Part shown: in pieces, positions 26,632 through 35,617 of the stretch
How the letters are laid out: the number at the start of each line of letters is the position of its first letter
Numbering within the stretch: the first letter of the stretch is position 1
NCBI GenBank assembly: GCA_965221125.1
Contig: CBDCRW010000006.1
Location: 704,001 to 768,000 of the forward strand
Direction: 5' to 3'
Origin: Alphaproteobacteria bacterium
GTDB taxonomy: Bacteria > Pseudomonadota > Alphaproteobacteria > UBA828
DNA length: 64,000 nt
Made by a program: the position numbers and the translations under genes
The notes under the pieces: model-generated
The model's database searches: none
What the model saw: only the letters and a program-made list of their open reading frames with translations
Told to the model about the DNA's origin: nothing

Positions 26632-28242
26632 ATGCCGGACCCCGCGCCGCTCGAAGGCCGCTACGACTACATCGTCGTGGGCGCGGGCACCGCCGGCTGC
26701 GTGCTCGCGAACCGCCTCACCGAAGACCCCGGAACCCGCGTCCTCCTGCTGGAGGCCGGCCGCAGCGACAACTACCACTGGGTGCACATCCCGGTGGGCT
26801 ATCTCTACTGCATCGGCAACCCCCGCACCGACTGGATGATGAAGACGGCGCCGGAGGCGGGCCTCAACGGACGCAGCCTCGTCTACCCGCGCGGCAAGGT
26901 GCTGGGCGGGTGCACGGCGGTCAACGGCATGATCTACATGCGGGGCCAGGCGGCGGACTACGATCACTGGCGCCAGCTCGGCAACCTTGGCTGGGGCTGG
27001 GACGACGTGCTGCCCTACTTCCTGAAGTCCGAGGACCACTACGCCGGGGCGACGCCGATGCACGGCACCGGCGGCGGCTGGAAGGTGACCACGCAGCGGC
27101 TGCGCTGGGAGATCCTGGAAGCCGTGCAGGAGGCCGCGAAGGAGTTCGGCATCCAACCCCGCGTGGACTTCAACGACGGCAACAACGAGGGCTCGGGCTT
27201 CTTCGAGGTGAACCAGCGCAAGGGCGTGCGCTGGACCACGGCGAGCGGGTTCCTGAAGCCCGCGATGAAGCGGCCCAACCTGCGCGTGATCCTGGAGGCC
27301 GAGACCGAGCGGCTGATCCTCGAAGGGCGCGCGGTGAAGGGACTGGTCTATCGCCGCAAGGGGGCGCGGCACGAGGCGCGCGCCGACGGCGAGGTGCTGC
27401 TGGCCGCAGGCGCGATCAACTCACCCAAAATCCTGGAGCTTTCCGGCATCGGCCAGCCCGCGCGGCTCGCCGGCCTCGGCATCGCGGTGGCGCACGAAAG
27501 CCCCGGCGTCGGCGAGAACCTGATGGACCACCTGCAGATCCGCACGGTCTTCGGCGTGCGGAACGCGCGGACGCTCAACACGCTCGCGAACAGTTTCTGG
27601 GGCAAGGCCGGCATCGTCCTCGAATACGCGCTCAGGCGGAGCGGGCCGATGTCCATGGCGCCGAGCCAGTTCGGCATGTTCACGAAGTCGGATCCGGCGC
27701 TCGCCACGCCTGACCTGGAGTACCACGTGCAGCCGCTCTCCACCGACCGGCTGGGCGATCCGCTCCACCCCTACCCCGCCATCACGATGTCGGTCTGCAA
27801 CCTGCGCCCCGAGAGCCGGGGGAGCTGCCACGTGACCACCACGGACCTCGACGCGCAGCCCGAGATCAAGCCGAACTACCTCTCCACGGCGCACGACCGC
27901 CGCATCGCCGTCGAGTCCGTGCACCAGGTCCGCCGCATCATGACGGCGGAGGCCCTGAAGCCCTACGCGCCAACGGAGCTGCTGCCCGGCCCGGAGGTTC
28001 GTTCCGACGACGAGCTGGTCAAAGAAGTCGGCAACATCGCGACGACGATCTTTCACCCGACGGGGACATGCAAGATGGGCCAGGACCCGGACGCCGTGGT
28101 GGATGCAGCGCTGCGCGTGCACGGGCTGAAGGGGCTCAGGGTCGTCGACGCCTCGGTCATGCCCCGGATCACGTCGGGCAACACCGCGTCCCCCGTCATC
28201 ATGATCGCGGAGAAGGCCGCGGACATGATCCGCGGGCGGTAG
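26632..28242 (+). CDS. GMC oxidoreductase (choline dehydrogenase-like)
   Basis: DYIVVGAGTAGCVLANRL, RGKVLGG, GENLMDH, FHPTGTCKMG, GNTASPVIMIAEK. Confidence 0.93.
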   Translation: MPDPAPLEGRYDYIVVGAGTAGCVLANRLTEDPGTRVLLLEAGRSDNYHWVHIPVGYLYCIGNPRTDWMMKTAPEAGLNGRSLVYPRGKVLGGCTAVNGMIYMRGQAADYDHWRQLGNLGWGWDDVLPYFLKSEDHYAGATPMHGTGGGWKVTTQRLRWEILEAVQEAAKEFGIQPRVDFNDGNNEGSGFFEVNQRKGVRWTTASGFLKPAMKRPNLRVILEAETERLILEGRAVKGLVYRRKGARHEARADGEVLLAAGAINSPKILELSGIGQPARLAGLGIAVAHESPGVGENLMDHLQIRTVFGVRNARTLNTLANSFWGKAGIVLEYALRRSGPMSMAPSQFGMFTKSDPALATPDLEYHVQPLSTDRLGDPLHPYPAITMSVCNLRPESRGSCHVTTTDLDAQPEIKPNYLSTAHDRRIAVESVHQVRRIMTAEALKPYAPTELLPGPEVRSDDELVKEVGNIATTIFHPTGTCKMGQDPDAVVDAALRVHGLKGLRVVDASVMPRITSGNTASPVIMIAEKAADMIRGR

Positions 28243-28462
28243 AGTCTGGAGCTGGCGGAGGGCCGCCGATGCCGCCGCCTGCGATAAGCACGCGCACCGC
28301 CTGCGTCCGCTCACCGGACGTCGGCGCGGACTGGCCGTTTTCCGTCGCAATTCCGATAGTGCGGCCGATCCCGCGTGCGACCCTTGCCCCCGGAACGTGC
28401 GGCCGGGGACAAACGGCGATAGATTCCGAGCCGGACGGCAGGGGTCAGACGGCAGCGAGACC

Positions 28463-29998
28463 ATGACGAAGCGAAGCGGACGCCGGGGCGGCGGGCGCGC
28501 GGCACGGCGTGCGGAGCGGACCGGTGGCAAGATCGAGCACCTGCGCTACATCACGCGTGACATCCCCGCGGTCGACCTGCTCAGCGAGGAGGGACTGGCG
28601 CTGGTCGAGGAGAACGCGGACACGATCCTCGAGGAGATCGGGATCGATTTTCGCGAGGACGAGGAGTCGCTGGTGCTCTTCAGGGAGGCCGGCGCGGACA
28701 TCGACAGCGAGCGGGTGCGCTTCCCGCGCGGGCTCGCGCGCCACCTGGTCTCGACCGCACCAGCGTCCTTCACCCAGATCGCGCGCAACCCTGAGCGCTC
28801 GGTGGAGATGGGCGGGCGCAACCTCGTCTTCGCGCCGGTCTACGGGCCCCCCTTCATCTACGACATCGAGAAGGGCCGCCGCTACGCCCAGCTCGAAGAC
28901 TTCGAGAACATCGTCAAGCTCGCCTACATGACGCCGTCGATGCACCACTCGGGCGGCACGGTGTGCGAGCCGGTGGACGTGCCGGTGAACAAGCGCCACC
29001 TCGACATGGTCTACGCGCACATGCGCTATTCCGACAAGCCGTTCATGGGCTCGGTCACGCATCCCGAGCGCGCGGCGGACTCGGTCGAGATGGCGAAGAT
29101 CCTCTTCGGCGCGGACGTCGTCGACACCCAGGCGGTGATGGTGAGCCTGATCAACGCCAACTCGCCGATGACCTTTGACGCCACCATGCTGGGCGCGCTC
29201 AAGGTCTACGCGCGCGCGAACCAGGGCCTGCTGGTCACGCCCTTCATCCTGGCTGGCGCGATGGCGCCAGTCTCGCTGGCCGGCACGATGGCGCAGACGC
29301 TGGCGGAGGCCATGGCGGGCATGGCGCTGGTGCAGCTCTGCCGGCCGGGGGCGCCGGTGATCTTCGGCAGCTTCCTGAGTTCGATGTCGATGCAGACCGG
29401 CGCGCCCACCTTCGGCACGCCGGAGGCGACGCTCGCCATCTTCGGCCTTGCCGCGCTGGCGCGCAGGCTCGGCGTCCCCTTCCGCAGCGGCGGGTCGCTC
29501 ACGGCGTCGAAGCTGCCCGACGCGCAGGCGGCTTACGAGAGCGCCCAGACCCTGCTGCCGACCGTCCTCGCCGGCACCAACTTCGTGCTGCATGGCGCGG
29601 GCTGGCTGGAAGGCGGACTCGCCAGCGGCTACGAGAAGTTCATTCTGGACGCCGACCAGATGGGCATGATGCAGGTGCTGGCGGCCGGCTACGACCTTTC
29701 CGCCAACGGCCAGGCGATGGACGCGATCCGCGAAGTGGGGCCCGGCAGCCACTACCTCGGCTGCGCGCATACGCAGGCGAACTTCGAGACCGCCTTCTAC
29801 CGCTCCGCGGTCGCCGACAATTCGAGCTACGAGCAGTGGCAGGCCGACGGCTCCAAGGACGCGACGCAGCGGGCGCACGACCTCTACAAGTCGATGCTGG
29901 CCGAGTACGAGGCGCCGCCCATCGACCCCGGCATCGACGAGGCGCTCAGGGAGTTCATCGCGAAGAAGAAGGCGTCAATGCCCGACGCCTTCGCGTGA
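28463..29998 (+). CDS. Trimethylamine methyltransferase (MttB) superfamily, non-pyrrolysine
   Basis: ARNPERSV, YGPPF, GGTVCEP, NANSPM, GAPTFGTPE, SKLPDAQAAYE, HGAGWLEGG; no in-frame TAG. Confidence 0.92.
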   Translation: MTKRSGRRGGGRAARRAERTGGKIEHLRYITRDIPAVDLLSEEGLALVEENADTILEEIGIDFREDEESLVLFREAGADIDSERVRFPRGLARHLVSTAPASFTQIARNPERSVEMGGRNLVFAPVYGPPFIYDIEKGRRYAQLEDFENIVKLAYMTPSMHHSGGTVCEPVDVPVNKRHLDMVYAHMRYSDKPFMGSVTHPERAADSVEMAKILFGADVVDTQAVMVSLINANSPMTFDATMLGALKVYARANQGLLVTPFILAGAMAPVSLAGTMAQTLAEAMAGMALVQLCRPGAPVIFGSFLSSMSMQTGAPTFGTPEATLAIFGLAALARRLGVPFRSGGSLTASKLPDAQAAYESAQTLLPTVLAGTNFVLHGAGWLEGGLASGYEKFILDADQMGMMQVLAAGYDLSANGQAMDAIREVGPGSHYLGCAHTQANFETAFYRSAVADNSSYEQWQADGSKDATQRAHDLYKSMLAEYEAPPIDPGIDEALREFIAKKKASMPDAFA

Positions 29999-29999
29999 G

Positions 30000-31991
30000 T
30001 TAGCGGCGTCTCCGCCGCCTGCTCTGCCGGCGGGCGGCCGATGCGTCCTCCGCGGCGGGGAGCGTGACGTGCTGCGGCAGGTGGACGTAGTCCGCCGTGC
30101 CGTGGGGGATCGCCATGGCGTCGACGAAGTGGCGCTGGAAGGCGGGCTCGACGGCGGTCTCCACCTTCTCGATGCCGCGCACCACGGTCTCGATCTCCTC
30201 GCGCGCCGCGCTGTCGAGCAGCGCGATCAGCGCGCCAGTGCCGGCGGCGTTGCCCGCCGCACTCACCTTGTCGAGCGGGCAATCCGGGATCATGCCGAGG
30301 ACCATGGCGTAGAGCGGGTCGATATGGCTGCCGAAGGCGCCGGTCAGCACGACGCGGTCGACGCTCGCGATCTCGAAGCGGTCCATAAGCAGGCGCGCGC
30401 CCGCCATGAGCGCCGCCTTGGCCAGCTGGATCGCGCGCACGTCGTTCTGGTGGATGCAGATCTCGGGCGCGCCGGGATGGAGCACGTAGCGGAAGGTCCG
30501 TCCCTCCTCCACGACGCGCGCGGTCCTGGCCCGGGCGGCGCCGGCGATGGTGCCATCGGCGAGCAGGATGCCGGCGAGGTACATCTCGGCCAGCGCCTCG
30601 ATGATGCCCGAGCCGCAGATGCCGGTGGCGGCGGTCGCCTCGGCAAAGCCCTCCTCGTCGGACCAGAGGTCGCAGCCGATGACCCTGACCCTGGCCTCCA
30701 GCGTGTCTGGGTCGATGCGGACGCGCTCGATGGCGCCGGGTGCCGCACGCTGGCCCGCCACGATCTGCGCGCCCTCGAAGGCCGGGCCGGTGGGCGAGGA
30801 CGCGGCCAGCAGGCGCTCCCCGTTGCCGAGCACGATCTCGGCATTGGTGCCGACGTCGACGATCAGCACCGTTTCGTCCGAGCGGTGCGGCGCTTCGGAG
30901 AGCACGACGCCGGCCGCGTCCGCCCCCACGTGGCCCGCCACGCAGGGCAGCGCGTAGACCCGGCCGCCGGGGTTGATGTCGAGGTCGAGATCGCTGGCCC
31001 GCAGGTTGAGCCCGTCCGACCGCGCGAGGGCAAAGGGGGCGCCGCCCAGCTCGGTCGGGTCGATGCCGAGCAGCAGGTGGTGCATGATGGGGTTGCCGAC
31101 GAAGGCGGCGTCGAGAATGTCGCCACGCTCGATGCCCGCCTCGCCCGCGACCGCGCCGATCAGCGCGTTCACCGCGCCGCGCACGGCCTCGGTCAGCTCC
31201 GCCTCGCCGCCGGGGTTCATCATGACGTAGGAGACCCGGCTCATCAGGTCCTCGCCGAAGCGGATCTGCGGGTTCATGCGGCCCGCCGAGGCGACCACCG
31301 CGCCGCTCGAAAGCGCCGCCAGGTGGCAGGCGATGGTGGTGGAGCCGACGTCGAAGGCGGCGCCGAAAGCCCGGTCGCGGAAGCCGGGCCAGACGGCGAC
31401 GATGCGTGCGGCCCCGTGGACGGCGACCGTCACCGACCATTCGCCCGCGCGGAGCGCGCGCTGCAGGCCCTGCAGGACGTGCAGGTCGCACGCGAGGTCG
31501 CCCAGCCCCCACTGCTCGCCAAGCGCATCCGCGAGGCGTTCGAAGTCGCCGCGCGGGTTGTGCATGTCGGGCTCGGCGACCTCGACGTAGTGGAGCCGGA
31601 TCGCGGGGTCGGTGGTGTAGTCCCGCGCCTCGGCACGCTTGCGCACGACCTGCTTGTGGACCTGGCTCTCGGGCGGCACGTCGATGACGAGATCGCCCTG
31701 GATCAGCGCCGAGCAGCCGAGCCGGCGGCCCTCGGCGAGCGTGCGGCGGGCGGCGTAGCGCGCCTCCCTCTCGCCTGCCGGGCTCAGATGCTCGGGCGCG
31801 CTCTCGATCCCGAACTTGGCGAAGTGGCCCGCGCCGGCCTCCACCTGGCAGCGGCCGCAGAGGCCCCGCCCCCCGCACACCGAATCGAGATCGACATCGA
31901 GCTGCCGCGCGGCATCGAGGACCGAGGTGCCGGTGGGGAACCGCCCGCGCTTGCCGGACGGGGTGAAGACGACGAAGGCGGCGTCGCTCAT
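30000..31991 (-). CDS. ASKHA-type reductive activator of corrinoid proteins (RACo/DUF4445) with N-terminal 2Fe-2S domain
   Basis: CGGRGLCGRC..RLGC; DVGSTT; DVGTNAE; GPAFEG; GICGSG; GAFGS. Confidence 0.92.
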   Translation of the reverse strand: MSDAAFVVFTPSGKRGRFPTGTSVLDAARQLDVDLDSVCGGRGLCGRCQVEAGAGHFAKFGIESAPEHLSPAGEREARYAARRTLAEGRRLGCSALIQGDLVIDVPPESQVHKQVVRKRAEARDYTTDPAIRLHYVEVAEPDMHNPRGDFERLADALGEQWGLGDLACDLHVLQGLQRALRAGEWSVTVAVHGAARIVAVWPGFRDRAFGAAFDVGSTTIACHLAALSSGAVVASAGRMNPQIRFGEDLMSRVSYVMMNPGGEAELTEAVRGAVNALIGAVAGEAGIERGDILDAAFVGNPIMHHLLLGIDPTELGGAPFALARSDGLNLRASDLDLDINPGGRVYALPCVAGHVGADAAGVVLSEAPHRSDETVLIVDVGTNAEIVLGNGERLLAASSPTGPAFEGAQIVAGQRAAPGAIERVRIDPDTLEARVRVIGCDLWSDEEGFAEATAATGICGSGIIEALAEMYLAGILLADGTIAGAARARTARVVEEGRTFRYVLHPGAPEICIHQNDVRAIQLAKAALMAGARLLMDRFEIASVDRVVLTGAFGSHIDPLYAMVLGMIPDCPLDKVSAAGNAAGTGALIALLDSAAREEIETVVRGIEKVETAVEPAFQRHFVDAMAIPHGTADYVHLPQHVTLPAAEDASAARRQSRRRRRR

Positions 31992-31995
31992 GCCG

Positions 31996-32922
31996 TCACG
32001 CGCTGACGGCGGCGCCCTCCCGCCGGCGCCGGCGGCCTTCGCGCCGGCCGCGCCTGCCCTCGCCCGCCCCCTCGGGCGCCGGCTCGCGGAAGCGGCGGAG
32101 CCAGCGCGCGCAGTCGGGGTCGTTGCCGTTCATCATGTCGGCGGCCATGACAGCGGCGACCTCGGCCTCGTGCAGCGGGTTCATGATGGCCGACGTGAGG
32201 CCGGAGCGCGCAGCCATGCTGAGGAACGCCGCGTTCACGCTCGGCCGGTTGGGCAGGCCGAAGCCGATGTTGGACGCGCCGCAGGTGGAGTTGACGCCGA
32301 GCTCCTCCTTCAGGCGGCGCATGATGGCGAAGGCCTGCACGCCCGCCTTGTTGATGGCGCCGATGGGCATGACCAGCGGGTCGACCACCACGTCCTCCTT
32401 GGGGATGCCGTGGTCCATGGCGCGCTCGACGATCTTCTTGGCGATGGCGAAGCGCTCGTCCGGGTCTTCGGAGATGCCGCTCTCGTCGTTGGAGATGGCG
32501 ACGACGGCGCAGCCGTACTTCTTCACCAGGGGCAGCACGGATTCGAGCCGCTCCTCCTCGCCGGTGACCGAGTTGAGCAGCGGCTTGCCCTGATAGACCT
32601 CGAGGCCGGCTTCCAGCGCGGCCACGATGGAGCTGTCGATGGAGAGCGGAACGTCGGTCAGCGACTGCATGAGCCGGATGCAGTCGGCCAGGATCTTCGG
32701 CTCGTCGGCGAGCGGCACGCCCGCGTTCACGTCAAGCATGTGCGCGCCGGCCGCGACCTGGGCCAGCGCGTCCCGCTCCACCCGCGAGTAGTCGCCCGCA
32801 GCCATCTCCGCCATCAGCAGCTTGCGGCCGGTGGGGTTGATGCGCTCGCCGATGATGCAGAAGGGCTCGTCGAAGCCGATCACGACTTCCCTGGTGGCGG
32901 AACTGACGATGGTGCGTGTCAT
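31996..32922 (-). CDS. Methyltetrahydrofolate:corrinoid methyltransferase (pterin-binding MetH module)
   Basis: IIGERINPTGRK, LDVNAG, SIDSS, NSVTGEE, GASNIGFGLP. Confidence 0.9.
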   Translation of the reverse strand: MTRTIVSSATREVVIGFDEPFCIIGERINPTGRKLLMAEMAAGDYSRVERDALAQVAAGAHMLDVNAGVPLADEPKILADCIRLMQSLTDVPLSIDSSIVAALEAGLEVYQGKPLLNSVTGEEERLESVLPLVKKYGCAVVAISNDESGISEDPDERFAIAKKIVERAMDHGIPKEDVVVDPLVMPIGAINKAGVQAFAIMRRLKEELGVNSTCGASNIGFGLPNRPSVNAAFLSMAARSGLTSAIMNPLHEAEVAAVMAADMMNGNDPDCARWLRRFREPAPEGAGEGRRGRREGRRRRREGAAVSA

Positions 32923-33620
32923 GGCGCTCCTGCTTCCTCGCCGGCCGCCGCCGCCGCTTGCACGAAATCCGCAAGCTCGCCGTAGCCGACGTGGCGGTGG
33001 ACGTAGCCGAGCCCGAGCCGCTCGGCCGCCACGCGGGCCTTGGCTTCGAGATCGGCGTCCCGGACCTGGGAGATGTAGACGCAGTTGGTGTAGTTGCCGA
33101 AGTAATCGTCGCGCAGCTCGGGCCAGCGGTCGAGGCCAAGGCCCGCGATGATAAGCTGGTCGAATTGGCGCACCATGTAGTCGGTCAGGAAGAACTGGGT
33201 GGGGTCGTCGTCGGTGATGGCCGCGAACGCGTCCTGGCCCGTGTAGAAGGCGTAGCAGTGCGGCCCCTCGATGCGCTCGACGCCTTCCTCCGCGATCACC
33301 TTGTCGAGCAGGCCGCCGGTGCCGCAGTCGCCGTAGGCCACGAAGATCGCGCGGTAGCGGGCCTTGTTGGCCTGGATCTTCGTGCGCACCGCCTCGGGAA
33401 TGAGGTGGGGCCGGTTGTGCAGCTTGGCCGGCAGGCAGGTGATGTCCAGGTGCTCGAAGCCGTTGGCGGCCCGGAAATCCACGATCTCGCGGGCGAGCGC
33501 GCCGCAGGCGATGACCAGGGCACGGGCCGGGCCCGCGCTCGCGAATGCCGCCTCGTCGTCGACCGAGAGGTCGGCATGGGCCGGCACCGCCATCGCGGGC
33601 GGCGTGTGCGCCGCCGTCAC
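32919..33620 (-). CDS. DUF1638 domain protein
   Basis: IACGALAREI, LPAKLHNRP, YGDCGTGG, GPHCY, FFLTDY. Confidence 0.85.
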   Translation of the reverse strand: MTAAHTPPAMAVPAHADLSVDDEAAFASAGPARALVIACGALAREIVDFRAANGFEHLDITCLPAKLHNRPHLIPEAVRTKIQANKARYRAIFVAYGDCGTGGLLDKVIAEEGVERIEGPHCYAFYTGQDAFAAITDDDPTQFFLTDYMVRQFDQLIIAGLGLDRWPELRDDYFGNYTNCVYISQVRDADLEAKARVAAERLGLGYVHRHVGYGELADFVQAAAAAGEEAGAP

Positions 33621-34327
33621 GCGGTGCCCGCCGCGGCGGCATCAATGTTATGCCGACGCTTCATCAGCTCCTTGGCGGTCTCGACCGTGATCGCGGCGTC
33701 GGCGCAATAGGCATCGGCGCCGACCGCCATGGCAAAATCCTCGTTCAGCGGCGCGCCGCCCACCATCACCAGGTAATCGTCGCGGATGCCCTTCTCCTTC
33801 ATCGTCTCGATGACGACCTTCATGTAGGGCATGGTGGTGGTTAGCAGGGCCGACATGCCGAGGATGTCGGGCTCGTGCTCCTCGAGCGCGGCGAGGTAGT
33901 TCTCGACCGGGTTGTTGATGCCGAGGTCGATCACCTCGAAGCCGGCACCCTCCATCATCATGGTGACGAGGTTCTTGCCGATGTCGTGGATGTCGCCCTT
34001 CACGGTGCCGATGACCATCTTGCCCGCGCGCGGCGCGCCGGTCTCCGCCAGCAGGGGGCGGAGGATGGCCATGCCGCCCTTCATGGCGTTGGCGGACTTG
34101 AGCACCTCGGGCACGAACAGGATGCCGTCGCGGAAGTCGATGCCGACGATGCGCATGCCCTCGACCAGCGCGTCGGTCAGGATCGTGTAGGGCAGCCAGT
34201 CGCGGCTCAGCAGGATGTTGACGCCCTCCTCGATCTCCTCCTTGAGGCCGTCGTAGAGGTCGTCGTGCATCTGCTCGACGAGGTCGGCGTCGCTCAGCGA
34301 TTTCAGATCGAGGTCGTCGTCCGCCAT
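33617..34327 (-). CDS. Stand-alone cobalamin-binding (corrinoid) protein
   Basis: Cap domain FVPEVL; GTVKGDIHDIGKNLV; MSALLTTT; GGAP. Confidence 0.93.
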   Translation of the reverse strand: MADDDLDLKSLSDADLVEQMHDDLYDGLKEEIEEGVNILLSRDWLPYTILTDALVEGMRIVGIDFRDGILFVPEVLKSANAMKGGMAILRPLLAETGAPRAGKMVIGTVKGDIHDIGKNLVTMMMEGAGFEVIDLGINNPVENYLAALEEHEPDILGMSALLTTTMPYMKVVIETMKEKGIRDDYLVMVGGAPLNEDFAMAVGADAYCADAAITVETAKELMKRRHNIDAAAAGTA

Positions 34328-34454
34328 GGATCCAGTCCCGCTCATGCCTGCACAGGGGTGGCAAGAATCGCGCGCTCGCCCCGGACGCAGCCGTCCTCCC
34401 AGGGTTCCGACCCTGCGCCCGAACCCAGTACGTATTCAATTACAGACGGGGTGC

Positions 34455-34496
34455 AAGACTGTTCCAGACTCGACGATGGCTTGCCGGTTCACGACA
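34455..34496 (-). promoter_or_regulatory. Putative AraC/GATR-family operator upstream of the corrinoid operon
   Basis: Minus strand TGTCGT-N8-AA-N5 followed by CGTCGA-N8-CA-N5 (21-bp period), adjoining a TTGCAC -35-like box. Confidence 0.5.
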
Positions 34497-34557
34497 AAGC
34501 GCGCGCCGCCGCCGGGATCGGTCCGACCACACAGATCGGGACCTGAGCGAAGGCGCG

Positions 34558-35562
34558 TCACGGGGCGGGCAGCGCGTCGTCCATTGCCCAGGCATGCCGT
34601 GCCGCGCCGGTCAAGCGCTTGGTCTCCCGCGGGGCGTGGCCGAAGTGCTGGCGGTACGACTTGGAGAAGTGGGAGGCGGAGACGAACCCGGTCGCCAGCG
34701 CCACGTTCGTCACCGACATGCAGGTCTGCTGCAGCAGCGCGCGCGCCCGGTTGAGCCGCATCTCAAGGTAGTAGCGGCTCGGCGTGCAATTCAGGTATTT
34801 CAGGAACAGGCGTTCGAGCTGGCGGGTCGAGAGGCCGATCTCGCTCGCCAGCTCGGTCTGGCTGAGCGGCGCCTCGATGTTGTCCGACATGATGTTGATG
34901 CCGGAGAGCAGCTTGGGCTGGCTCACGGCAAGGCGCAGGCGCAGCGCCATTCTCTGGTGGTCCTCCTCGCCCCTGATGCGCTCGGCGATGAGCCCTTCGG
35001 AGACCGCCGCGGCCAGCTCGTAGCCGTGGTGGCGGTTGATGAAGCTCAGCATCATGTCGGACGCCGCCATGCCGCCCGCGCAGGTGTAGCGGTTGCGGTC
35101 GATGACGAAGATGTCCTCCTTGACCTCGATGTCGGGGAAGTCCTCGACGAAGCCCGGCAGGTTCTCCCAGTGGATGGTGCAGCGGTAGCCGTCCAGCAGC
35201 CCGAGCCGCGCGAGGACGTGGCTGCCGGTGCACAGCGAGCCGATGCTGGTGCCGCGGCGCTCGATCTGCCTGAGCCAGTTGGCGAGCCGCTTGTCCTCGA
35301 ACAGGTGGGTCTCGATGCCGCCGCAGACGAAGACGGTGGACAGCCGCTCGCTCGATTCGAGGGAGAGGTCGGCGGTGACGCTGACGCCTGCCGACGAGGC
35401 CACCGCGCCGCCGTCGAGGGAGACGGTGCGCCACTCGTAGAGCGTCTCGCCGCTGACGTAGTTCGCGAGCCGGAGCGGCTCGATCGCGCTCGAGAACGCC
35501 CCGAGCGAGAACTTCGGGACCATCAGGAAGCCGAACTGGCAACCGGGGTCGGTGGTGCGCAT
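34558..35562 (-). CDS. GlxA/GbdR-like AraC regulator with DJ-1/GATase domain
   Basis: IEPLRLAN, CTGS..LARLGLLDGYRCTIHWE, TCAGG, STRQLERLF, GFVSASHFSKSY. Confidence 0.93.
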   Translation of the reverse strand: MRTTDPGCQFGFLMVPKFSLGAFSSAIEPLRLANYVSGETLYEWRTVSLDGGAVASSAGVSVTADLSLESSERLSTVFVCGGIETHLFEDKRLANWLRQIERRGTSIGSLCTGSHVLARLGLLDGYRCTIHWENLPGFVEDFPDIEVKEDIFVIDRNRYTCAGGMAASDMMLSFINRHHGYELAAAVSEGLIAERIRGEEDHQRMALRLRLAVSQPKLLSGINIMSDNIEAPLSQTELASEIGLSTRQLERLFLKYLNCTPSRYYLEMRLNRARALLQQTCMSVTNVALATGFVSASHFSKSYRQHFGHAPRETKRLTGAARHAWAMDDALPAP

Positions 35563-35617
35563 CGCGTCACCGTCGGTCTGGCGTCTCCCTACAGCTTGTC
35601 CCGCCGCGCCGCGCAGA

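Noticed and set aside
34328-34557. Cobalamin or SAM riboswitch upstream of the corrinoid gene
   Set aside because: No B12-box or SAM consensus recognised; an Infernal/Rfam scan would be decisive.
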